This document shows positions 12,301-25,000 of a stretch of 64,000 nt of DNA, in pieces (the stretch's first letter is position 1; each line of letters opens with the position of its first letter). This stretch comes from Scyliorhinus canicula (taxonomy: Eukaryota), in NCBI RefSeq assembly GCF_902713615.1, contig NC_052154.1, forward strand, positions 159,318,754 through 159,382,753. Direction: 5' to 3'. The notes under the pieces were generated by a model, which did no database searches, was not told where the DNA came from, and was given only the letters and a program-made list of their open reading frames with translations. The position numbers were made by a program, and so were the translations under genes.

Positions 12301-12961
12301 CATGAATATCTCTTTAAAAATAAGAGTTATTTGGTTATGTTCACTTGACATCACTTGTAATTAACACTTACTTCCTTCAACTTTCAGCGTGTCCATCTTA
12401 ATTATTGGCTTTCCAAGAGTACTATGTTCAACGTGAACCTGAAGGATAGCTCCATCATCTTTATAAATATCAGGCCAGAACATAACTTTGCAATTCACAC
12501 TGGAGCTACTGTCATTGTTGCGCTGAACAATTGGCACCTCAAATTTGAAGGATTCATCTTGTATATCAAATTGAGATTCAGGTGTTGAAATAAATGTCTG
12601 GTGGTCTTCTGGTACAGGGTCCTGCATGTCCCCGGGTGTGTAGGTCCATTCAAAAATTAGACTTGGTATCTCATCCCGTCTTCTTTGTAGTGACCAGCGA
12701 ACAGTAATATTCTCAGGCCTATACCCAGTAATCTGACAATTCAGAAGAGCCTCTTGCAAATGTACAATCCGTGGAGGTATACCAATATCAGAAACTTTGG
12801 GAGGAACTAAAAAGAAAAATAATTCTCAGTTTATCCATTCTTTGTTACAGGATCTGTCATTTTTTTAAAAATCAGCATGAATCCATCCTATGACTGAATA
12901 TTATTTCTGGAATAATAAGTATATATATATATATACATACATACATACACATTATTTATAT

Positions 12962-13002
<41 letters not shown>

Positions 13003-16000
13003 AGTAAAATGAAATCAAATAACATGTTTCTTATTGAAACAAATTTGCCTTGACCACAAATATTATTAGCATTCCCAAGTCACAATAATGATGATAGAGA
13101 GAGAGAAAGACAGAGAGATCGGTGACTAAACAAAGCAGCAGAGGTCAGTAATGCATGAAGGAAGCTAGTGTTTCACAAATCATCCAAGAAAAAGCTAGAC
13201 CCAGACAGAACAGAGATCTGGGCATGGTGCGGAGTTCTGTGGGAGCAAGCTCGCCGGGTGGGGCTGCACCCGCACCCATTTTGGTGGATATGCTGGCCGA
13301 GGTGATGCCAGTGCAGTTTGAGAGGCAGTTTGCTAAGCATTTCGAGCAGCATGGTAAGGAGATGACAGGAACGCTCAAACAGTCGGTGGAAGATACTCTG
13401 GCCCAGATAAAGGAGGCTCTTGGAATGACGGTGGGGGAGCATTGTGGGGTGTTGAAGGGGGTGGAGGAGACATTTTCACGGCACACCGACTAGCTTGCCA
13501 TGCTGTTAAAAGGAGCTAATGTGCAGGACAGTAATATAGGGCTGAGAGCCTAGGTAGAGGATCTGGAGAACAGGTCACGGGGCAGAATCTTCAGATCATG
13601 GGGATGAAGGGCTCAAGGCTGACAAGAGTATTTATCGGGATGTTTGCAAAACTGCTGGGGAGGAGGATAATACCTCCCTCTTTGAGCTAGATAGTGCTCA
13701 CTCGTCACCCCGGCTGAAGCCAAGGGCAAATGATCCACTAAGAGCTGTGATAGTCTGTTTTCTCAGCTATTAGACAAAGGAGAAGGTCTTGACATGGCGA
13801 ATCCGGAGGTCACGTGGGAAGGCAGTGGTATTCAAATATATCAGGACTTCACAGTGGAACGGGCGAGAAGGCGCACAGCCTTTAACAGAGCAAAGGCAGC
13901 ACTTTACAAGAGAGGTGTGCGGTTGGGGGTGGTCTACCCGGCGAAGCTGAGGGTTACTCATAACTCTAAGGACCATTTCTTTGAAATGGCGAAGGAGGCG
14001 CATCTTTGGGTACCCCCCAAATACTAAAGCTGGGGAGCCAGGAAGTTACCAGCTAAAAACTCCAACAGAGGTGAGCCATCTCGGCGCAGATCAAGAATAA
14101 TCATTTATACTTTTTCTATTTCTAAAGTGAAAGATATTTTACCTTTTTTGAGATACTTCAAATACACTAAAAATCCAATGCCAACGAGTGCTGTACACGC
14201 CAGAATGCTAATAAATACACATGCAGTTATTATCCCTGCTGGTACTACAACTTCGGGCTCTGTAGATAAAATAAACATTTATTTCAATTGTAAGTATAAA
14301 AATGGAGCAATATCTGCAAATTGAGACTTATTCCTAAGCAATGGTTTATATTCAACCATCAAAACTAAAATATTCAGCAAGTTAATTGAGAAAGTTTAGC
14401 ATTTCATGTCAAAGGTTCCTCAGAGTTCTGCTTAACATTAATCTATACCCCTCAAATGGTAGATAGCCTTTGCATAATTTCAGGATTTGATTTTACTTGA
14501 GCTCTAGAATTTGAGGATTAAAATCGACACAATACGTTAACTGTGACGTAGCTTCCTTAACTCATTGTACACTGCACAACAATAAGTCACATCAATTAAA
14601 AGTAAACAACAAATGGGCAGATACCAGAAATTTGAAACAGGAAATGCTACAAGCATTAATATCAGTGGAGAGAGATCAGTGAAGTTATTTTTTTGGGTGC
14701 TGAATCATTATCAATGTCGAGGCAGGCAGTCATGCAATGGGGGAAAATTTTTTAAACAACTGCCGACCCCATTATTGAGTTATTAAGTTCATGAGATCAC
14801 AGAACTGTACCAAAACATTAAATAAAGAATGTGACAAATGAATACTGAAAAGGAACATCCAACAACGAGACAAAAGGAAGCCAAAGATATATTCTAGGAC
14901 TATACATTACATAAAGTTCATGTAAACAGCTGAGGCTGTGGGAGGTTAAACAGACCGAATTACAGCACAGAAAACTGATAAAAAGGAGTAAAGTCCACAT
15001 CTCAAGAACCTGGCAAAAGAATAAAAGGTTAACACCAATGACGCAGGCTGCCTGCCAATAGAGCACTTTCTAACCTGGAAATGTAAGCACATCTACCACA
15101 ATCGCCAGTACCTCCTGACGAGAGAAAATGGGAGTAAAGTCAGTTAGTAAAGTCAATTTTAAGGTTAAAGGATTAAAGAGTGTCACGGTGCTCTTGCTGG
15201 AGCTGATCTTGAGCTTCATTAAAACAATATAAAAGGTTAAAGACAGAGAGGTCAGTGTGGAAATAGGATCGAGAAAGTAGCAAGCAAAGAAACTTTAGAG
15301 CCATATCTGTGAACAGATTAGTGATGTTCAGCAACATGATCACTGAATCTGATGTTGGAACTGATGGAAATAGAGGATGACCATTGACTGAACGTGGAAG
15401 TGGACCCAGCAAGACAGGAGGAGCAAGAGCAGACTCAAAATCAAATTTGAACTTAGCAAAGCGTGCGAACCAGAGTTAAAGGCGAAATGCGAAAATGCAA
15501 ATTAAAGATATGTTTTACTGGCTGCTCCTTCCACCTTTGATTAAATAGTGAGCAAAGGAACTTTAGAACTGTTTCAAAGTAGAAAAGTGTAAACAAAAGA
15601 GAAATGGGAAAGGTTATGGGCGCGATTACCGGCCGCGTCCTGCCGGAATCGGGACGGGGCGTAGCTGGTAGATCCTGCAAGCGGCCTCTTCCGGGATTCA
15701 CAACGGTCGTTATGCCTCGCGAGATTTAACGGGATGTCGCGATCAGTATCCCACAATGGGCGGGACCCAGAGGTGCAGAGTTAAATGAGCTTAGGCGTGG
15801 TTTAGCACTGGTCCCCACCAACGGGGACAAGGCGGAAAGGTACTTTTTGGAGGGGGGGGGGGGTCTCCCCGGTGATCGGAGGCCCCCAGTTGGTTAGTAT
15901 CAGGGCCTGGCACTGTGAATGCCACTGGAGTGCTGCCAGGGCCAAGGTGCCCGGATGCACTTTGCCTGTGCGGGGGTGCCCTGCCCTTATGAGGTTGGGT

Positions 16001-19000
16001 GCGGGATGGCTTGGATGCATTACCTCACATTTGTCCGGATTAAACTCCATCTGCCATCTCTCCGCCCAAGTCTCCAAATGATCTAATTCCTGCTGTATCC
16101 TCCGACAGTCCTCATCGCTATTCGCCACTCCACCAACCTTTGTGTCTTCCGCAAACTTACTAATCAGACCAGTTACATTTTCCTCCAAATCATTTATATA
16201 TACTACGAACAGCAAAGGTCCTAGCACTGAACCCTGCAGAACACCACTAGTCACAGCCCTCCAATCAGAAAAGCACCCTTCCATTGCTACTCTCTGCCTT
16301 CTATGACCGAGCCAGTTCTGTATCCATCTTGTCAGCTCACCTCTGATCCCGTGTGACTTCACCTTTTGTACCAGTCTGCCATGAGGGACCTTGTCAAAGG
16401 CCTTATTGAAGTCCAAATAGACAACATGCACTGCCCTACCTGCATCAACTATCATTGTGGCCTCCTCGAAAAACTCTTCATCAAGTTAGTGAGACACAAC
16501 CTCCCATTCACAAAACTGTGCTGCCTCTCGTTAATACGTCCGCTTGCTTCCAAAAGGGAGTAGATCCTGTTTCGAAAAATTCTCTCCAGTAATTTCCCTA
16601 CCAATGATGTAAGGCTCACCGGATTAAGCCGGCCTGTAGTACCCTGGATTATCCTTGCTACCCTTCTTAAACAAAGGAACAACATTGTCCTTTGGGACAT
16701 CATCTGAAGACAGTGAAGATCCAAAGTTTTCTGTCAAGGCCTCGGCAATTTCCTCTCTTGCCTTCTTCAGTATTCTGGGGTAGATCCCATCAGGCCCTGG
16801 GGACTTACCCACCATAATATTTTTCAAGACACCCAACACCTTGTCTTTTTGGATCTCAATGTGACCCAGGCTATCTACACACCCTTCTCCAGACTCAACA
16901 TCCACCAATTCCTTTTCTTTGGTGAACACTGATGCAAAGTATTAATTTAGTACCTCGCCCATTTCCTCTGGCTCCACACATAGATTCCCTCACCTGTTCT
17001 TCAGTGGGCCAACCCTTTCCCTGGCTACCCTCTTGATTTTCATGCGCGTGTAAAAAGCCTTGGGATTTTCCTTAACCCTATTTGCCAATAACTTTTCGTG
17101 ACCCCTTTTAGCCTTGCTGAATCTTTGCTTAAGTTCCTTCCTACATTCCTTATATTCCACATAGTCTGTTCTCAGCCTTCTAGCCCTGACAAATGCCTCC
17201 TTTTTCTTTTTGACGAGACGCACAATATCTCTCGTCACCCAAGGTTCCTGAAATTTGCCATATTTATCCTTCTTCCTCACAGGAACATGCCGGTCCGGAA
17301 TTACTTCTCAACTGACATTCGAAAGCCTGCCACATATCAGATGTTGTTTTGAGTTCCTCAGTGCAGGAAATACAAACTAGGGTGTTTCCCATTGAGGCCC
17401 AAAAAAAAGTGCCATTACATAACAGACCCCGCCCAGAACAGACCCTTTTTTTGGGTTAGATTGCGCCGGATGTTTCTTCTCTAATGTTGGTCTGTATGAT
17501 TATAGTGTTGTCTTTTTAACTGTTTTTGTCTTTAACTTTAAAGTTGTACCGAAAAAAAATAATCTTGGGTGAGAAACTTCCAAGAAAATGTTGAGATATC
17601 AAATTTAAAATGTTTCAAAGCCTGCCTAAGTTGGGGCAAAGTGAAAAAAAAACAATTTTTTTAAAAAATGGAGTTTGGATGTTCTGATCAGAGATCTGTT
17701 CAAAATAAAAAGTTAAAGACGCAATTGTGCGCATTTGAGAATGATTTGCTTCAGCCCTTGGAAAAACAAGCAGGGAAGTAAATTATTTCTCCTGACAGCT
17801 GCTTTAAAAATTCAACACACAACTTCCATACTCCTAAATTCACATATTTTTGACATTACTGAAATTTAACTTCCTAATTTTACAGATATTAGAGACATTT
17901 GCAGACATATTAACCCTTTGGCCTTCTGAAAGGAGCTAAAATGGGTTCTGTTTTCAGTGTTTCTTTTTTAAAAAGAGGTTTCCAGGGCCCCACGAGTACT
18001 GATAGCACAGTAAGAGACCCAACCATCTGACAAATTCAAGAGCTTATCTTCAGACATCACACTTGGACTGAAGGCTTTGCCTTCAAACTTCGTTTTAACC
18101 ATTTAGGCCATTTGTTACCATTTATTGTTTTTCGAGACAAAGGTGTCACGCCCTGACTGAAAATTGGTGTCTCTCTCCAGGCGCACAGCCGAGTTTTCAG
18201 ACCATATTTTCACAGAAAAGCTGAGGGCTGGCTTTACGCTGTCGCTCGGGCGAGGCCTGATAAGAGCCAGCAGAGATCAGGACGCCATCAATAAAGGGCG
18301 CCCCAATCTGTGCAAAAAAATAAACTCTCCCCACCCCCACCACAACCATCGGGGCAACCATACCCATCCCCACAACCCCGGAAGTATTGGAGGTTCTCCA
18401 CACTCCTCCCCACAACGACAAAAGTACCCTGGGTTCTCCCCCATAAATCCCACAATCACTAATCAGGGGCATTGTTAGCATCCTCCCACCCGTCATAATC
18501 TTCAGCCCACAAACCCCCATTCCATGGTGCTGCCCAGAGAACCCAACTCTGGCACTGCCCCCTGGCACTGCCGGAGGCAGGGACAGGCATGTCCGTCTCC
18601 CCCAAGGGCTGTATTTACATAAGCATCACTCGAGGGTTCCCCTCAACTGAAACCCTTTTTTAAATAGCCTAGTATTAACTGAGGCTAAGATTTACTAAGA
18701 TTGAAATTTATTGGACTTCCAGTGGCGGCCATGAAGTGAGAGCACATGAGGGGCCTCACGGTAGCATGGTGGTTAGCATCAATGCTTCACAGCTCCAGGG
18801 TCCCAGGTTCGATTCCCAGCTGGGTCACTGTCTGTGTGGAGTCTGCACGTCCTCCCTGTGTGTGCGTGGGTTTCCTCCGGGTGCTCCGGTTTCCTCCCAC
18901 AGTCCAAAGATGTGCGGGTTAGGTGGATTGGCCATGCTAAAATTGCCCGTAGTGTAAGGTTAATGGGAGGATTGTTGGGATACGGGTTACGTGGGTTTAA

Positions 19001-22000
19001 GTAGGGTGATCATTGCTCGGCACAACATCGAGGGCCGAAGGGCCTGTTCTGTGCTGTACTGTTCTATGTTCTAAGGTGACTCCTGCTTGGGGATGCAGTT
19101 TTTAATCCCTTTTTGCCAGTTTAACAGGGGCTGTTCAGGTAGAGCAGTGAAATAGTGATGAGTTTGGGTTCTTCCTCTGGAGTGGGCTATCTGCAGGCTA
19201 CAACACGAGGAATAAGTCGAGTAAGGGATCCTCTTCAGACTCTGAAGGCCTGGTTGGAGCAGGAGGGGAGAAAATGGCAGAGGTCTCTGCATTGTTCTGG
19301 CCCTCTGTAGACAACTGAGGGGCTGGTGAAAATGTTGGCTTCGGACACAGAGCCTGGTGGTCGCGGGCGATCTGCCAAAGGTGACTGAGCCTATTTGGGC
19401 AGCTCGGGACAGGTTGGAACAACATTTGGAGATGCAGGGTTTAAGGATCCAGAAGGTGGAAGAGATGATCTCAGACCATGATGATCGGATCGCCTCCTTG
19501 GAAACAGAGGTGCTGTTGTTGGGGAGGGGCAGTAAACATTAACAGCCAAGGCCGACCACCTGGAGTGTCATTCCCGATGCCAAAATTTGAGGATTGTTGG
19601 GCTGCTGGAGGCCATAGAAGGCACAAATACCCCGGACTATGTGGCAAAGACGTTCGGGAAGCTGGTGGTGGAAGAGGTTTTCACAAAGCGGATCGTGCCC
19701 ACCGGTCATTACGACAGAAACCCAGATCTGGGGAGCTGCCACAGGCGATCACAGTGCGACTCCACAGGTACTTGGGCAAGGAAAAGGTCTTGAGGTGGAC
19801 AAAGGAAACACGAGAATGCAGATGGGAGGGATCACACAGTCAGAATTTACCAGGAAGTTGGAGCAGAATTGGGGCGAAAAGGCGAACGGGGTTCAATAAG
19901 GTCAAGGTGGCTCTTTATAAGAGCAGAGTGAGGTCCGGAGTGGTGTACCCGGCCCGCCTGCGGGTCAACTGTTTGTGGAATAACTGAATCTATAACTTGC
20001 GTTTTCCCCAGGTGGGGGTCACCCTGCTAACAGAAAAGTGGGGAGGGAGCCGCGGCTGGTATTCTGGGGGGGGGACGGGACGGGACGGGGGGGCACTTTG
20101 TTTTCTTTGTTCATTGAGGTAACGAGCCGGAGGTGGTTGGGTTTCTTTGTTTGGGGTGGGGTGGGTGGGGTGGGTGGGGAGGGGACAGGCCGATGGGAGA
20201 GGAGTGGGTTTGCGGGGGGGGGGGGGGGGGGGGGGGGGGGGGTGGCGGGTTGCTAATGAAGATCTCTTTGCTGCGATACTGGTATGAGGGGGTGGTGGCA
20301 GCCATCTTGGGTGGGCGTCGAGCCAGGGAGAGGAGAGGTGGGGCCATGTCAGTCTTCCTTGTGGTTGCGATATGGCCGATAAATATGTGGGGAGGTCAGC
20401 AGTGACCCCCAACCAGGCTCGTCACATGGAACGTAACGGGTCTAAATGGGCCAGTTAATTGGGATCAGACAAGGCTGAGGAAGAGGTGGATGTTACAGGT
20501 ATTCCATTTGAGCTTTGATGCATGCACAAGTGGGAACTATGGTTCTGATTAATAGGATGGTGGTTTTTGCAGTGGTAATATAATGGCAGATTCAGGGGGA
20601 ATGGGGTGTTGGGGGGACTCCAGGTTTGGTGAATGTATACTGGCAGTACACAAATTTTACTAAGAGGGTGTTGGCAGTCATCCCTGACCTGGATTCACAT
20701 CAGTTGATCATTGGGGGAGAAGGCGGGGGTAGAGAGGCCGTACACGAAGGCATCTGGGGTGACGAAGGAGCGACGAGTGTTTATAGAGCAATGGGGGGAG
20801 TCGGACTAGTGGAGATTCTAATACCCGAGTGAGAAAGAGTTTGTTCCCTTCTTTTCAGATGTACACAGAGTCTACTCCCGCATTGACGTCTTTGTCGTGA
20901 GTACGTCGTTGCTCTCGAGGGTGGTGGGGACAGAGTAATTGGAGTTCGTCATATCTGATCATGCTGCGCACTATGTGGCTTTGTGTTTGGAGGAGAGCTG
21001 TGCTCAGCGGCCCTATGGAGGCTGGATATTGCTCACATTTAAGGGTACTTGTAAGAGGATAGCTTACGTTAATTGGAGCTAAAGAATGAGGAGTTCTCAT
21101 CTTCCACGCTCTGGGAGGCATTAAAGGTGGTTATTAAGGAAGAGTTAATTTTGATTAAATCTCACAGGAACAAGTCAGGGAGGGTAGAGTGGCAGGGATT
21201 GATGGAGCCTATTGTGGGGAGGCATTGGCATTGTCACTGGACTAGTAAACCCAAAGACCCAGAGTAATGCTCTGGGACCCCAGGTTCAAAATCCTGCCAC
21301 GGTAGATGGTGAAATTTGAATTGAATAAAAATCTGGAATTAAAAGTCTATTGATGACCATGAAGCCATGATCAATTGTTGTAAAATATCATCTAGTTCAC
21401 TAATGTCCTTTTGGGAATCAAATCTGCCATCCTTTACCTGGCCTGGCCTACATGTAACTCCAGATTGACTCTTAAATGCGTCCTCAAGAGCAATTAGGGA
21501 TGGGCAATAAATGCTGGCCCAGTCTGCGATGCCTGCATCCCATGAACAAATAAAAGATATATCATCTGGCAGTGGACCATCAATACACTGATACCCCAAC
21601 AGTAGAGTTGGTGGCAGAGAGGAAGAAGCTACAGGTGAAGTTTAGGTTGGTGTTGACGGGAAAGCAATTAGACAGCTTTGGCATGCAAGGGGGGCTTTTT
21701 ACGAGTATGGAGAGAAGGCTAACCATTTACCAGGGGTTGTACAGGTCGGATTCTCCGGAGGAAGACACCAATTTGACAGAGTTCTTGGGATGGGTTGGAC
21801 TTTCCGGTGCTTAGAGAAAGAGTGCAGGACCTGGAGGCACCGCGTGGGCTGGAGAAATGATGAAGTATATCTTCGAGGTAGTCTGGGAAGGCACCGGGCC
21901 CAGATGGATTCCCGGTGGAATATTATTGAAGATTTGCAACAGAACTGACGCCACATCTGTTGGACATGCTTACATGCTCAACAATTCACTGTCTCAGGGG

Positions 22001-25000
22001 ATACTGCCAGCCACACTGATGCAGGTTTCCATTTCCTTAATACGGAAGTAGAAATAAAGATCTAATGAAGTGTGGGTCATATCAGCCTCTCACTCTGTTG
22101 AATGCAGACACAAAGCTGTTGCCAACTCGTTTGGAGAGGTGCCTACCGGAGTTAATTCCTGAGGATTAGACGGGATTTGTTAAGGCTCGGTAATTGGCGG
22201 CCAACATTAGGAGGCATCTGAACGTGATGCTCTTGCCCACATTGGAGTTTGAACCGGAGGTAAACATCTCCATGGTGTTATGGGCCAGGGTTTAACAACT
22301 CCAAAATGTATTATGGAGTCCACCTGACCTAAAACCTTTCATTGATTTTGGCTAGGATGAGCACAAGAGCCTGTCCTTCAGATGTTATTCACAGACTTCT
22401 TGGGCACTTCTAATCAAAAAAACATGTGGAGATGCCGGCGTTAGACTGGGGTGAGCACAGTAAGAAGTTTTACAACGACTTCCAGTTGCGGTGATGCGGA
22501 GCTAAACCGCACATTCGGTAGCTCCTGCTATTTTCGGTCTTTTGGGCTCTTTTAAGGGCCCGTTGTGGTGCTGGTTGGACTTTTCCCGGTGTGGGAACAC
22601 AGCCACGGCGCTCTTCCACCGGTGGATGGACTGGACCAGGAGCGGAGCGGTTTAAAAAAAAAAAATCGGCTTTGGAGCAGAAAAAGGTGTGAGGCAGGAG
22701 AAACAAGATGGCGGCGGGCGGGGAACCGGCAGCGTGTCAGCAGTGGGCGCAGGAGCAGCTTCAGCGCTGCTTCAGAGAGCTGAAGGCTGAGCTGCTGGAA
22801 CCGTTTAAGGCCTCGCTGGACAAGCTCATGGCGACTCAGACGGCCTAGGGTGTCGAGATCCAGGAGCTACGGCAAAAGGCCTCGGAGAGCGAGGGACGAA
22901 ATCCTAGGCCTGGCAGTGAAGGTGGAGTCGCACGAGGCGCTCCACAATAAATGGCAAGCGAGGCTGGAGAAGATGGAGAATCGCTCCCGTTGGACGAACT
23001 TGCGGATTCTGGGAGGGGGGAGGGGGGGGGACCGGGCTGCTGCTGGAGGGGCTGAAGGGGAACTGCTGGTGATGGGGGGAGTTGGGAGGAGGATCTGCCA
23101 CCATGGGGAACGGGCCTGGGGGGTTTTGTGGGCACGTGGTGAGCCGAGGGACAGTCATGGCTGACCGGCGCAGATGGCGGGGGAGGACCCTCCGATTCGG
23201 CTGGTCACTTGGAACGTGAGGGGGCTGAATGGGCCGGTGAAGCGGTCCCGGCACACTTCAAGGGGCTGGGAGCGGACGTAGCCATGCTCCAGGAGACGCA
23301 CCTTAAGGTGGCGGATCAGGTGAGGCTGAGGTTGGGTAGGCGTTCCACTCGGGGCTAGACGCGAAGAATCGAGGGGTGGTGATTTTAGTTGGTAAGATTG
23401 TCGTTTGTGGCGTCGAGTGTGGTGGCGGACAGTGAAGGTAGATACGTAATGGTGAGTGGTAGACTTTAAGGGGAGCGGGTGGTTCTGGTTAATGTGTACG
23501 CCCCAATTGGGATGATGCAGGTTTCACGCGGCGAATGTTGAGCCGGATTCCGGACCTGGAGTCGGGGGACTTGATTTTGGGAGAGGATTTCAATACGGTG
23601 CTGGACCCAGCTCTGGATCGTTCGAGGTCTAAGACAGGCAAGAGGCCTGCGGTGGCCACGGTGCTGAGGGGGTTTATGAATCAGATGGGAGGGGTAGATG
23701 CTTGGAGGTTTTTGAGGCCGGGAGATAGAGAGTTCTCCTTTTTCTCCCATGTCCATAAGGCTTATTCCCTGTTTGATTTTTTTTGTACTCAGCAGGGCGC
23801 TAATCCCGAGAATGGTGGGGGCGGAGTATTCGGCGATAGTCCATATCTGACCACGCTCTGCATTTGGTGGACCTGGAGCTGGGGCAGGGGAAGGATCAAC
23901 GCCCGCTGTGGAGGCTAGATGTGGGGCTTCTGTCCGAGGAGGAAGTATGTGGGTGGGTCCGTAGGTGCATAGAGGGGTATTTGGAAGCTAATGATAATGG
24001 GGAGGTGCAAGCTGGGGTGGTCTGGGAAGCGTTGAAGGCGGTGGTTAGAGGGGAGCTGATATCTATTCGAGCTACAGGGAAAGGGGGGAGAGGGCTGAGA
24101 GGGAGAGGTTGGTGGAAGAAATGGTAAGGATGGACAGGAGGTATGCGGATGTCCCGGACGAGGGGCTTTTGAGGAAGCGACGTAGTCTCCAAGCGGAGTT
24201 CGATATACTGACCACCCGGAAGGCGGAGGCGCAGTGGAGGAGGGCACAGGGAGCGGTGTACGAGTACGGGGAGAAGGCAAGTCAGATGCTGGCCCACCAG
24301 CTCCGGAAGCGGGAGGCAGCGAGAGAGATAGGGGGTGTTAGGGATGTAGGAGGGAACCTGGTGCGGGGTGCTAGGGACATTAATGGGGTGTTCAGGTCCT
24401 TCTACGAGGAGCTGTACCGGTCGGTGCACCCTAGGGAGGGGGGCGGGATGGACCACTTTCTAGACAAGCTGGAGTTCCCAAGAGTGGACGAGGAGCGGGT
24501 GGAGGGGATGGGGGCCCCAGTCAAGTCGGAGGAGCTGACTGAGGCGCTGGGGAGCATGCAGACAGGGAAAGCACCGGGACCTGATGGGTTTCCGGTGGAA
24601 TTTTATAAGAAGTTCTCAGACCTGCTGGGCCCGCTGTTAGTGAGGACCCTGAATGAGGCGAGGGGGGGGGGGGGGGGGGGCTTTGTGACGATGTCCAGCG
24701 CAATAATTTCACTGATTCTGAAGCGGGATAAGGACCCCCTCCAGTGTGGGTCTTACAGGCCAATCTCGCTCCTCAACGTGGACGTAAAGTTGTTGGCTAA
24801 GATACTGTCCAGGAGGGTGGAAGATGTGGTCCTGCTGGTTATCCACGAGGACCAAACGGGGTTTGTGAAGGGGAGGCAGCTGAATGTCAATGTGCGGCGG
24901 CTACTTAATGTTATAATGATGTCGGCTGCGGATGGGGAGGCGGAAATAGTAGCATCGATGGATGCGGAGAAGGCCTTCGATAGGGTGGAGTGGAGCTACC

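Noticed and set aside
17884-17925. 42-nt AG/GT-bounded phase-1 mini-exon ([14 protein letters not shown]) before the TM exon
   Set aside because: The donor is weak (ATCT|GTAAAA), and joining it to the TM exon creates T+AG = stop.
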